DNA of 64,000 nt, taken from contig NC_087251.1 in the NCBI RefSeq assembly GCF_037042905.1, positions 31,374,001 to 31,438,000 on the forward strand, written 5' to 3'. Source of the stretch: Lytechinus pictus. Its lineage: Eukaryota. Shown piece after piece: positions 40,041-53,041 of the stretch. The notes beneath the pieces are model-generated. The model had not been told where the DNA came from, did not search any database, and saw nothing but the letters and a program-made list of their open reading frames with translations. Within the stretch, counting starts at the first letter, position 1. The number at the start of each line of letters is the position of its first letter. The position numbers and the translations under genes are program-made.

Positions 40041-40521
40041 GTATAATAAAAAACATAAAGTTCAACAAATCCACTTTTAATATTTTGAACTTGAAAAAAA
40101 TAAAGCAAATAGGCTAAAACCATGTAATATCACGGTTGTATTTTTAGTATGATTCTTAATTCGTATAAGAGTAGGGGGAAACCCCGGTGTAGTGGTCCAC
40201 CTGCATTCCCCCCAATCAGTTATATCGGGAGGAGAGACCTGCGGGTCATAGTGATTCAGTTCGCTTTTCTCTTCCCAGGCACAGGTGACGCCAAAACAAA
40301 TAATAATAATAATAATAATAATAATAATTGACCATGCAGTGTTCCAACTTACCCCACTCATACCATGTTTCAACTTACCCCGATATGGGGTAATTTGGAA
40401 CGCTTGCAATGGTCTTGTTCAAGGTGGATTTTTTCAGTAACCATCATAGAGTTCAAAAAAATTATGGGGTACATTTGAAGCCCTTAGATATATGCTTCAA
40501 GCTGATATATTGATTGTTTCT

Positions 40522-41565
40522 CGAATAAAATCTATTTGGATTTTACAGCCATTATTTTCAAAAATGTTCCAACCCGGGGGGGGGGGGGGCACTCAGTATA
40601 TAATGCATAGTGGGTATGTGCCGCGGAGGGGACCCCCATTTTTACACTCAAATTTCCGTTCCAAGGCATAGCATTTTTGTCCTATTGAGAAAAAGAACAA
40701 AGAAAGCCGCTCCAAAGCATAGCATTTTCTTCTTATCGAGAAAAAAGAAGAAAGAAATCCGCTCCAAAGCTTCGCATATTTTTCGTTACGCCGTTCCGGT
40801 CGCATTGATCTGCTACAAGAAGCTGCAATTTTGGTAAAAAGCGGCCGCAGAGCGCTGTCCGACCATCGCCTCTGCGCGAGCGCACCCGGCGGAGGCCGCG
40901 CTAGCTGCATCATGCACGCATGCCCGTTCCATAGGGATGCATACGCACTCATCACACGCTGACGATCCGTTCCAAGGACCCCCGTTTTCACAAACATTTG
41001 TAGTTCCGAGGACCCTCCTTTTTACAATTAGCCCGCTCCAAGGTTCCCTTTTTTGTCTCGCCTGCGGCACACCCCTACCACTTTTTAGGTTGAGTGCCCC
41101 CCCCCCCCCGGGGGTTCCAACTAACCCCGGTCTCCCCTATACTTGTCTCATATTCATATGCAGAAATACACTAAATAATTATGAAACATTGTGAGGAAAA
41201 TCGCAGATGACTTCACGCACATATTTCACACAACATCAATTTGATTTTGCGGTGATACTTCCTACTAACAGGGGTGTGAGAGTTCAGATTTTTATCTGAT
41301 TTCAGATTTTTTTTTTTGATTTTCAGCTTAATTTCAGCTTATTTTTGGCCTTCCTCTGTACAAAAAGTATGGGAGCTCTTTCTATTTCAGACTTTTCAAC
41401 ACTCTTCAGCTTTTTTCAGATCTTTTTATTTGTGACCACTCACACCCCTGTACTAAAGAAAATTTAATACATAGACTAGGGGGTATAGCGCACATTCCAT
41501 CTCAGATGCTCAAGACACATCCGAGCATTGGAGAGAGAGAGAGAAAGAAAAAAAAACCCATATAT
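40522..41565 (+). repeat. ~1.04-kb direct duplication, copy 2 (in native context)
   Basis: Nearly identical to 32813-33851 and continuous with upstream MITE sequence. Confidence 0.95.
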
Positions 41566-42531
41566 CTAATACAGGTTTGAACAATGAAATCAATAAATCA
41601 ATGTTTGTCAAAAAGCACTCCCGTACAGGTGTCTTTTCATACTTTATTGATTTGGGATTGTTATTTCAACTTTTGTTAGTTTTGCCTATGTGTAAGGTTG
41701 ACTAAAACTTGTCAGCAATCCAGTGCATGTATAACAAAAACACACAAAAGAAGGGGAGAGGAGTTCAGCATCGAACATCAGGGGCCCAGATCAGGGGGGG
41801 GGGGTGACTTGCAAGATCAACATCTGAAACCTCCACGTCCTTCAAAGGAACTTGAAGTTTGTACTTTTATTCAGGTTATTTTTTTTGCGTTCAGCAGTAG
41901 TTAGGGAATATGTTATAAAATGAATTATGTTGACTGAAAAGGCCTAAACAAACTGAAATGAATAGAAAATTGTGAAGAATTTGAGTGTTACATGAATATA
42001 CCCAAATAGTATCACCCCAAAAACATTCAATACAAGTCTCTTTATATTGGAATATGTCTACAATTAAAATAGAATATATCACTGTTCTGAAGAAAAGCAA
42101 GACCAAAAATATGCGCCAATTTAATTATATCTTTTCCTAGTAAGAATGCTTCTTTAATTTATCAGTGCATTCATGGGGGGGGGGGGAGGGCTTGTGGCCC
42201 GTGGCCCTGCTAAAAGTTCCACAACCAAGATAAAGGAAAGAAAAAGGTGAAAAAGGATATTGTATTTTGAATATATTTTCAATACTCTCACAAAATGAGC
42301 TTTTCAAATTAAAAATGAAAAAAATATTTGCTTGCTTGCTTTGCTCGCTCACGAATTTGTTGGAATTCTGTACCATACACCATGTGTGGCCATCTCATAA
42401 ATTTGGGGGGTTAATTACGCCCCTCTCTTCTTTCTTTCGCATTATAATTCATATCTATTACTGTTATTTTTTATAAATATGGATGTTCTTGCGTAGAATA
42501 TCCCTTGTTTTTCAACTCCAATTAGCCTTAA

Positions 42532-43277
42532 CCCTATCTAGGCCGGGGGGGGGGGGGGGGGGGGCCATATTTTCGTCGCGCGAAATTTTTTGACCGCGCC
42601 GCTCGCTGACTTTTTATTTTCAAGTCTTGCGCAACTTTTGAGACCAATTTTGCGTAACCCAGGTATATGGTTCCGAAATTAGGCAACGTTATGTAAGTGC
42701 ATGTCAGACCAAAAATTGCTCAAAAAAGTGGTTTTGTGTACAAAGTCAATGCAAATTGTGTTTTCAACCAAAATTCATAAATGTATGATTATTTTTAGTT
42801 TTGCTGGTCTAAATGTATTTATTTTATGCTTTTTATGATCTCAGAAGAGTCCCCAACAAATTCCATTGAAAAAACAATGAAAAACAAAAGGTGAAAAAAC
42901 AGAGAAATACATAAGAAATTGCAAAAAACAATAAAATACATAAGAAAATGATTTGATATCGCAATTTTTTTCATGTACACTTGCTAAGAACACCACAAAG
43001 AGTTTCTATACCAAATATTAGAACATTTGGAGCTTTATTTAGGGAGTTAGAGGAAAAAGTATGATTTCGCATACTAATTACGCATAAATTAGCATTATCA
43101 CTTAATAGCGATTCGCATGAAATAAATTACTATACAATTTTGTAGATTATGACCCAGGCAACCCGCGTGCCAATTTTCGTCGCGATCACGCGGTCGACGG
43201 CCGAGATCTCAAGGGGGGGCCTGGGAGGCCCCCCCCCCGGCCATATGAACTCCCAAAATACCCCGGCCTAGATAGGG
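42532..43277. mobile_element. piggyBac-type MITE
   Basis: TIRs CCCTATCTAGGCCGGGG / CCCCGGCCTAGATAGGG; TTAA TSD (42528-42531, 43278-43281). Confidence 0.9.
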
Positions 43278-43339
43278 TTAAACCATTCAATCCCAGTAAA
43301 GATCATGCATTGATCCTCAGATAATATCACCTGGGCCTG

Positions 43340-43559
43340 GGGGTGTTTCACAAAGAAATAAGTATGACTTACTTATACTTGAGTCACACTTACATGCAGA
43401 CCCGTATGATATGCGACGCGCAATCTCATTAATCAATACACAGTAGTGTGCGTCCTCTTGGCATGATCTGATCAATGTGGCCATGCCTTCTATACCACGT
43501 GCAACTAGACATTTAAGTGCAACTCTAAGTCATTCTTAAATCTTTGTGAAACAACCCCC
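43340..43559. mobile_element. Short Harbinger-like MITE
   Basis: GGGGTGTTTCACAAAGA / TCTTTGTGAAACAACCCC; CTG TSD. Confidence 0.75.
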
Positions 43560-45871
43560 CTGGTCTAGACACATCCACAAAATGTTAATCTATATCTTAT
43601 ACACCTTTGACCATTTATAATAAAAATAATAACACAGTTCTTGTATAGCGCATATCACAGTACAAAATAATGTCCCTATGCGCTTCCAAAGGACCTGGAT
43701 ATTATTACCCTGGCTTTAACCCTGCAGCCTTTGACAGCGCAGAAGCATTCAACATCAAAGTATCATGAACTATTTCAAATATTACATCATCCTCAGACGT
43801 TGTTTCCTTTTGATTTTTTTGTTGTTGCAATATCATAGTTACAGAAACTGGGTAAAAGTAGAGAAATGTCATTTCCACTTACCGTTGACTTTCAGAAAAC
43901 AGGCTTTTTAAAGATGGTTAACACGTCACATGTCAGGCCTAAAAAAACTGCAGCTAAAATTGGTAAATATAGCTGGTTTTCAGCAAAAATAAGCATGAAT
44001 ATCTTCAAAATGATGACATGGCAATCTCCTCTAAAATCTGCACATAATTTGTGTGCTCACAAGTCTGAAAGAGAGGTGTTTTAAAATATTGGGACACACA
44101 CCCTTGCCCGAAAACATCCCAAGCAGCTGGTCAAAATCAATGGATCACTGCATGGGACAAAACAAGGGACCTATTCATTCAAGGCAAGGTACAATCACTG
44201 CCCTGGCCAAACCTTACAATTACCATGTAAATGAATTATTCATTGACAGAAACATTAACTAAAGAGATTCTTCTCATTGCTGCATAACATTAAGTTTCTG
44301 TCTCTTAGTAACCTGGCTGGAGAAGAGGATTGAACAAAAGTTTGATTGTTTGGTTAAAAAGGGGGGAAATTTAAGTGTGACACAGAGACGGATTATTTTG
44401 TCAATGGCAATGCTATGATTTTTGTTATTTTTGTAAATAAAAGTCCACCCCAACAACAGGTTAATTTGAACAAGTAAAAAAAAAAATCAGACAAGCGTAG
44501 CTGACTGAAATTTCACCATAATCAGATGTAAAATAAGAAAGTTATGGCATTTTTAAGACTTACAAATTTTCACAAAACAGTACATATATACACATCCTTT
44601 TATATACACATCCTTGTCAGTATGCAAATGAGAGAAACAATGATGAAACACGCTCTTTATTTCCTTTGAAATTATTTCATGAAATGTCATTTATTAAACT
44701 TTTTCTTATAAATTTGATAATAAAAAGGAAAAATTCCATCAAATCAAGAATTATGATACAGATGATTTTAATTTTTCCACAAGGATTCAAAACAAGTTCT
44801 ACAATAATGGAATAGCATTAAAAAAATCATCAATATATATAAAAAAGATTATTTTTGTTTCCTGCAATAAATATCATTGAAAGGGATAATTACTTCTAGC
44901 ATGTTTCCTCTTACCACTATGATGCAAGAAATCCCTGTTCAAATCACTTATGAGAAAATATAAATACATATATTTCATTTGAGTTGCCTCTTAATAGATC
45001 CATGAAATTAAGCTGCCTTGCATACAAGACTTTCTTGGTGACGAGATCATAAAGAAAGTTTTCAGTAAAAGTACTGTGTGCCAGCAGCTAGGGATCCATA
45101 CATATAATCTAAGATAATCCTAAAATAAGTCCGAATAGGCCAAGATATCAATCTCAGGCCATCACACCCAGTTTACCTTTACATCACTTGATCCACTTGG
45201 ACCAAGGCCTTTTATATGATATCTTTCTTTATTAGGCTTCTCTAATTAGTAAACTATTATGTTCTTCCTCTTCAGTCAAGCTCTCAAAAGTATATACTAT
45301 ATAGTTTATTGGTGTATCCTTTTAACAAGTGTTGTTTCCTCTGCCCATAGCAATATGCATGAATCATACAAATATAAGCCTGCCTATAATAACTGAGTCA
45401 TCTGTATAATAACTTTGGCACATGACACCCTTGGCACATACTATTTCTGACAAAAGCAAATGCCATTTTTATTTTAACCTTCAAGGCCATGAAAAAAAAT
45501 AGAAGCAGTATTTTATCTATCTAAAGCATTAAGTGAACATTTTAAATGCTGCATCTTATTTTAGAACAGTTTAAGATAAATTTTAAGATGAATTATCATT
45601 ATTATTAATTTAAGATTTATCATTTTCATTCAAAAAGATGAACTCTGGGGCATCAGCATCAGCTGGAGCTAAAGCCAGCCTATTAATAATAGCAGTGCAC
45701 ATTGGAATAAAATATTCTGATAGACTGTCTTTATAAATTGTATAAATGCATATGATCATCATCATCATCAGACCTATTATTTAATTGACTTCAATCTCAT
45801 TTATTTTGCCTTCATGAGGAAAAAACAACATACATAAAAAACAATGTATTCAAGTTATCAAAACATACAAT

Positions 45872-46398
45872 AAACAAATATATCAGGCTTTGAGAAAGTA
45901 TAGTGGAATTATTTATCCGAGGTTGGTCTGGCAATTACTATTTTTCCCGAGGGGCGAAGCCCCGAGGGAAATATAGTAGTTTTGTCAGTCCAACCGGGGA
46001 TTAATAATTCCCACTATGCTTTCGAATGAAACGCCTGGTATATTTGTTTTATATCCTACTTTTGATAATTTACAACAAAAATCTAGGTGTTGAGCTTGCA
46101 AAGTCCGGTTACTTGGGTTGAATTACCTACTTTTCTCTGAGCCACCGCGCTCAGCGGAACGCAGATTAGTACCTGCGCCGACGCATCGCTGGACTTGCCC
46201 GGGAGAGAGAGCGCGCTGGCCGGTACGCCCGAGAGTTTAGCTCGATATCCAGTTTTGCGAAATAATGACGTCAGACCTCGATATATCCAAAAATATATCG
46301 AGGTCTGACGTCACGCAACATCATAGTTGAAATATATTAGGTCACATGATGCTACTTGAACCAATCACTATACAGGATTTACTCTATGTAGGATATAA
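45872..46398. mobile_element. Hairpin-rich non-autonomous element, possibly Crypton (tyrosine-recombinase) type
   Basis: Long hairpin centred on CCCGAGGGGCGAAGCCCCGAGGG; TTATATCCTAC / GTAGGATATAA pair; perfect 21-6-21 inverted repeat at 46266-46313; family assignment is tentative. Confidence 0.5.
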
Positions 46399-46946
46399 TG
46401 AAATATATTAGGTGTGGATCCTTTGAAAAGTAAAGTGATGATCAGCATGTGCCCAAACATAGAAAAATATATATATATGTAGATAACATAATTACATTCA
46501 ATGAAAAAGGAATGGCTAATTTAAAAAACAAGTTGCATTATATCAGAAAATAAAACAGTTAAGCAAATAATAAGAAAATTAACAATTAAACACCGAATTG
46601 CAAAGAGACGTAAGGTACAATATTTAGAACTCTTATAGTTTTCTTTTAGTATTCAGATAGGATATTCCACATTTTAAGGCTGCTAAGTCATAGAAATTGC
46701 TACCGGTGCAGTAGTTGTGGGTTCAATCTGTCTTCCTCATAAAGTCTCGTCAAATATGAAGCATTCAATCAAGGGATGGTTGGTTCATCTCATCTTTCCA
46801 AACGTCAGTTTCAATTTCAAAATTCAATTTCAATTTCGAAATGAAGTATTCAGTCGAGGGATGGTTGGTTTATCACCCCTTTCCAAATTTCAATTCCAAA
46901 GTCATATTTCAATTTCAACGTGTTAAGCTAAGGGATGGTCAATTTA

Positions 46947-47231
46947 TCACCTCTTTCCAAACTTAAGTTTGAATTTCAAAGTCTTGGGGAAGTACCTGAT
47001 GGTTAGGGACACCCTACAAGTCCTTTTAATCTCCTGGTCTACTTGGTAGCCAGTGGCACTCAAATTGGCAACACTAGATGTGATGATATCTGTGGTCCTC
47101 TCTGCTATGCCGTGTAGGTGGTCGGTGTACATGGAATCTTGTAGGATCAGGAGGCTACATGGCTCCAGAAGAAGAGAGAAGCATGGTTCACTGAAATCCA
47201 AGTTGTTCTGGATCCCCTCATCCGATGATTG
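46947..47231 (-). CDS. ALKBH6: ALKBH6 exon 7 (terminal)
   Basis: QSSDEG...SLLLEPCSLLILQDSMYTDHLHGI...RVSLTIRYFPKTLKFKLKFGKR*; distal His and RxSxTxR motifs of AlkB-family 2OG-Fe(II) dioxygenases; acceptor cattag. Confidence 0.95.
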   Translation of the reverse strand, partial: QSSDEGIQNNLDFSEPCFSLLLEPCSLLILQDSMYTDHLHGIAERTTDIITSSVANLSATGYQVDQEIKRTCRVSLTIRYFPKTLKFKLKFGKR

Positions 47232-47467
47232 CTAATGATAAAAACATGAATTTAAAAGCACTACAGTGATTATCTAGGCAGAGACTACATTACAACTATC
47301 TCTTGGTTGGCATTTTAATTGATTTATAATAATAATCATGATGAAAATGAAAAAAACATTAATAAAAAAAATAATAATAACACTACTATGACTACTACTA
47401 CTACTACTAATATATAATAATACTACTAGTAATAATAATTATAATAATGAAAATAATGATAATAATG

Positions 47468-48441
47468 ACAAGAGTGTCGCTAAGGCGAGCACATAATACG
47501 CTCGCCTGTAAAACGGAAAATGGAGTTATTGGTCAAGCAAGAAAAGTGGAAGATGGCGACTTCACCTTTGACCTTCTTACCTCAAAATCAATAGAATTCC
47601 TGGGATCTATGCTAGTATCATACACACCAAATTATCTGAGCCTAGGTTAAGTTAAACTAAAGTTATCGCATTTACAAGGACTTCAGAAGGGTAATATGAA
47701 AACATGTCACTGTGATCTTGGCCTTTGACCTTTTGATCTCAAAATCAATAGGCTTCCTGGGATCCATGCTAGTATCATACACACCAAATTATATGAGCCT
47801 AGGTTATGTTAAACTGAAGTTATTGCATTTACAAAGACTTTAGAAGGGTAAGAGGAAAACAGGTCAGTGTGACCTTGACCTTTTGACCTCAAAATCAATA
47901 GGCTTCCTAGGATCCATGCAATTATCATACACACCAAATTATATGACCCTAGGTTAAGTTAAACTAAATTTATTGCGGTTACAAGGACTTCAGAAGGGGA
48001 AGATGAAAATATGTCACTGTGACCTTGACCTTTTGACCTCAAAATCAATATCTGAGCCTAGGTTAAGTTAAACTAAAGTTATCGCATTTACAAGGACTTC
48101 AGAAGGGTACGATGAAAACATGTCAGTGTGACCTTGACCTTTCGACCTCAAAATCAATAGACTTTTTGGGATCCATGCTAGTATCATACACACCAAATTA
48201 TATGAGCCTAGGTTAAGTTTAACTGAAGTTATCCTGTTTACAAGGACTGCAGAAGGGTAAGATGAAAACATGTCACTGTGACCTTGACCTTTGGACCTCA
48301 AAACAATAGGCTAGTATCATACACACCAAATTATATGAGCTTAGGTTAAGTCAAACTGAACTTATCGCGTTTACAAGAAAAAGTTAACGGACGGACATCG
48401 AGCGTGATACCATAATACGTCCCGTCTAGGATGGGCGTATA
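47468..48441 (+). mobile_element. Helentron/HINE-like element with about six ~135-bp tandem units, inserted in a (TAA)n tract of ALKBH6 intron 6
   Basis: ACAAGAGTGTCGCT start, CATAATACG near both ends, CCCGTCTAGGATGGGCGTATA hairpin end, units containing TGACCTTGACCTTTTGACCTCAAAATCAATAG. Confidence 0.75.
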
Positions 48442-48566
48442 ATAATAATAATAGTAATAATAATAATAATAATGATAATAATAATTATTATAATAATAAT
48501 AATAACTAAAATAATACATTTAAATGTTGATGATTTCACTCTACCCCACTGAAAGTAAAAGCATCA

Positions 48567-48680
<114 letters not shown>

Positions 48681-49162
48681 CTAGAAATATACAAATCAAA
48701 AGGAATTTCACTGCATGTTAACACAGATATAAAAAAGAAGAATTCCACATACACACAGCATCAACTCATGGTACCTATGATGGTGATCCAATACTGTCAT
48801 CAGTGGTTTGCTATGAACATTTTTATTTGAAGACAAAAATACAGATTATTTTGATACGGTGGGGAAAAGTTTTCAAAAAATGATTTTGGTTTTATATGAA
48901 AAAAAAGAAGAAAAGGATGAGGTAAGTTTACAATCAACTTCAATGAGTATTTTGGCACAACTACCCTTGTCATGAAGATAAAACCTAGCATTCCATAGAA
49001 GTATGTTCTAAAATTCTTGTTTGTAAGAGTTAAACCTGGCTTTAACTATCAGAAAACAACAACAATGAATGTATATGATCTGTTTCAATTGTATCTTACA
49101 TATCTTTTCCATAACAATCAGTATAACACTCAACTACAAACTTTTTCTCTAACTTTGTTTAC

Positions 49163-49267
49163 CATGATTCCTTGGCCGGACTGGTATTCATTGACAAGGA
49201 CATGGTTTGGTATATGATCTCCAAACACACCTAGTTCTGCAATCTTATTAGCATACACATCCAACCA
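49163..49267 (-). CDS. ALKBH6: ALKBH6 exon 5 ([35 protein letters not shown])
   Basis: [13 protein letters not shown] signature; AG/GT junctions. Confidence 0.95.
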
Positions 49268-49831
49268 CTGAAAAGAAAATACAAAGAAGAAACAAATTAG
49301 ATGAATATAACAAAGGAATCAATTATCAGGAAATCAGATAGAAGAATGAAGTTAGAAGTAAAAAAATACAAAAAAAAAACACAACTTTAGAATAGCCATT
49401 TCATTTTGTACAAAAAATTATTGATACATAATAAGTTATTTTGGTGATGTATCTAACTGGCATTCAAGTATTTTGGAATTAATTCTGCTTCTAATTGAAT
49501 ATTCATTTGACTATCACATTATTAATTAACTTTCATGATATTTCTATATTTTCATATTGAATTTCATAGCATTAACTTTCTTACACAATTTAAATATCAA
49601 TCAAATAAATACAAAAGAGTGACAGAAAAAGAAAGGGAGAGAGTGCAGAATAACGTCAAACCCTGCATTTTCAAAACTTCTTATAAATATAATTCTATTA
49701 TTCCCAACAAAGGACAAAACATCAGTATTGATATCATTGTAAATTACTGAATGAAAGCCAGTATTGTGAAAATATTATGAACCATCAACAATGTCTTTGT
49801 ATCAAACACAAAATCTGCAATATTTTAATAC

Positions 49832-49878
49832 CTTTGGTACTTCCTCTGCAATCATTCCTTTAGGATGAGGTAGGCCAC
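49832..49878 (-). CDS. ALKBH6: ALKBH6 exon 4 (GGLPHPKGMIAEEVPK)
   Basis: GGLPHPKGM signature; phase 1 to phase 0. Confidence 0.95.
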
Positions 49879-50435
49879 CTTGGAAAAATAAGGGATAAGG
49901 AAACTGGTGTAGAGCATTATACATATAATGGCTCAGCAAAACTTATATCTTAGGGCTAAGATATTGGTAATGACAACCCACAAGAAAAAGACAGTAAATA
50001 GAAACATAGTCTCATAGAGATATCTCTTTTAGTAGGAAACCTTTTCTGGCTCATCAATAATGCAGTATACATTTAGATACTACATGTACATCAGAAAAGG
50101 TAAATGAAACAAATGTAAACTAAACAAAAATCTTCATTTAGTTTGAGATTACAGCCCAAACTCATCATTATCATTGTCATTTCGCTTAAAAAAAAAAAAA
50201 AGAGATAAAAAAAAAGAAGAAGTGGCAATGAATAATTTTCTCCTTGCTCTCTCTCTCTCACCCTCTCTCTAAAAATAAAAAATGTTGTTCTTTGAACACA
50301 ATATATCCATATATCCACAAAGATTCATTTTATTAACCACTATCTTTATATCATTCTAAATGTATCTTAAACAAATGAAAACTGGTCATTATTTTCTTTA
50401 TATAGAACAAAAAAAGATTAAAAAAAAAAAGATTA

Positions 50436-50528
<93 letters not shown>

Positions 50529-50812
50529 TCACATTCATAAAAAAATCAAATTGTTAATGATTACCAACCCACAAGTGAAGGTCTCTACAATAAAGCATTT
50601 TGAATTGATGTCAAAATAATGTGAAACCATCCCTTCATAATTCAACAATATCAAATTTTATACAAATATAGTAAGTCAATATGCAATGAATACAACACTT
50701 TCTCCCATTTATTTACAACTGCATAAGTTTTCAACTTTTTAAAAATTTACTGAAAGAAATGACGGTTTGTTCGAAAGATATACACTTTTAAAAGGTTACA
50801 AAAAATGTTCAC

Positions 50813-50881
50813 CTGATTCAATAGATATTTGCCTTCTTCTTCTGTTACAAAGTTTGGGATGTAGTATACCATGTTGGGAGC
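50813..50881 (-). CDS. ALKBH6: ALKBH6 exon 2 (APNMVYYIPNFVTEEEGKYLLNQ)
   Basis: YYIPNF..EEE..LL signature; AG/GT junctions. Confidence 0.93.
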
Positions 50882-53041
50882 CTTCAAAACAATGGAAAAA
50901 TCAAAAATAATTATCAATACAGGGAATGTTTGAAAGAAAGTAAAAATATAGACACTCATGAAGTGAATTTGCAAAATGGATAAAAACAAAAATCACTAGA
51001 TCTATACAAGTTTTTAGTATAAATGAAACAAAAGAATTATTTTAACAAAGTGGCACTGGCATTTTTTATCTAGATTCTATGAAAAATGGACTTACATAAG
51101 AGATTGAAAGTGCAATATTCAAATTACTCTTTTTTGTGTGTTTAATTGGACATGTAGATTGCCATTTCCTTTGTACTTTTTTCATGGAAAAGAACTTGAA
51201 ATCACAAATTGATGGGTTGTTGATCTTCTCGTAGGTGAAAACTTTTTTGTTTTTTAAACTCTTTTAAAAACTCTTTTAACAAAAGTACAATGGCTACCCC
51301 TGCTATTATTGACCCTATCAACCCCAGATCAAGTGGTCCATTTATTAACACCTGAGTTTAACTTCTTAATTAAATAAGGATAGAGTAGGCAAAATGTGTT
51401 TGATTTGAAAATTAAAAAAAATGATTGAATTGACAAGAAATCTGCAATGGCAGACTATCTATATCCTCAGTCATATTCCTCACTTTTATACCCTTATTAA
51501 TATTCCATAGAATCTAAATATTATTTTCATTTTTATACATAGACCTTGTTGAATTGTATGTTTTGATGTCTTAAGATTTAAATCATTTACATTGTGATAT
51601 TTTGATGTTTGAAATGCAAAGTAGAGCTAATAGTTATCATTTTACTTTGAAAACTTCATCACAATAATTGCGGTTTCATCAGATCAGGGTTTTCCTTTTT
51701 AAAAAATAAATGACATTAGATCTACATGATTAAAACAAAATATGGCTACGTGTCTTGTATTCTTTTTGACAACTGTGGTATCTCGCCACGATGAAGCCTT
51801 TACAGTGATAATTTGTGATACTAAACTGCAATAAAAAATAACTAATTTTACTCAAAAAAGTTCAGAACTAAAAAAATAAATAAAGAAAAGCACCAACTTT
51901 AGTCTAACGTTAGATCTAACGTTAGACAATTCTACCCGCTTACAAATCTTGTAAATTAATCAATGTAATCTTTGTGTGCACAGGATGATTTGTGTGTTTA
52001 AACTGCAGGTGTCGTCAAGTTTCTACAATTGCTCCACCCTGTATGAGCACTGTTGTCGCCTATGAGGTCAATACTGTTATGGTTTTACCTCAGTCATTCG
52101 TAGTAGGAGCAGGAGTGCTAGTGGGTCTGCGCAGTGATTGCTAAAATGCCCCATTATGAGAGTATAGTGAGACCACTACATATCGACCACCTCTTTTGAA
52201 ACCGACCACCTTGCGCGCATTAAAATTATTGCGTATTACAAACGATACGCGCGGGAGAGTAGGCGCAGTGTCCATAGGAACGGTAAGAATCAATTTTACG
52301 AGAGAAAAAGAAGGAGAAAAAATAAAAATTTAGTAGAATTTATCAAATTGTTTTTACTAGACCAGAACCCGCCCCGTTGCCGATAGGAAACGGCTTTAGA
52401 ACAAATATCCATTGTCAATGGTCGAATCATATGTGCCGGAGCTCGCAGTGGAAGTAGTGAGACGATCATTTAGCATGTTGACATCACAGAAATGATTTGG
52501 AAGAGTTAAAATATTTCCCCACCGCGACAAGAATCGGCCGTAAACTCTGTATCGCGGGTGGTCGGTTTCAAAAGAAGGTTGCAAATCAAATGAGCAAATG
52601 TAAAAGTAAAACCGTTGTATTCGTTGTTCGCCGATATATACGCGAATTGAACGGAGTCGCCGATCGAAACATGGGAATATGATTAGCTCAATTTTCTGCA
52701 CAAATGAGACGAAAATTAGGTCAGAGGGCGCTCTGACGAGGGTGGACGTATTTTTAGATCGCTGCGTCGGCCCACTTTTTAATCTTAGAATATCACTTTT
52801 TTACTTGCACATCTTGTTTGATTTTTACGATTATCTTGCCTATTAAATACCTATTATTGGAAATCGCACAGTTTTGACGACATATTTTTATCGAGAAGGA
52901 GAGTTTTAACCGTTTTATATCACCCTGCATCGGTCATTTTTAACTGCGTCATCACCATATACTATACAACGCACAACGCATACTCTACACAGCGGGAAAT
53001 TCAACTTTGCATTCAACTCCACATCGCATCGGATTTCCAAC

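Larger units (their letters stand above)
32199..41137. mobile_element. GGGGAGAC-ended MITE distended by nested insertions and a duplication
   Basis: TIRs GGGGAGACC.GGGTTAGTTGGAAC / GTTCCAACTAACCCCGGTCTCCCC with TATA flanks; the right TIR also occurs at ~33404-33427 because of the 1-kb duplication. Confidence 0.6.

Noticed and set aside
32813..41565. LTR retrotransposon suggested by 1-kb direct repeats 7.7 kb apart
   Set aside because: The repeats are made of MITE pieces, lack TG..CA ends, PBS and PPT, and enclose no gag/pol
52089..52154. Candidate ALKBH6 first exon (MGHFSNHCADPLALLLLLRMTE, phase-0 donor)
   Set aside because: No resemblance to ALKBH6; the 56995-57054 exon fits the family N-terminus and has promoter motifs upstream
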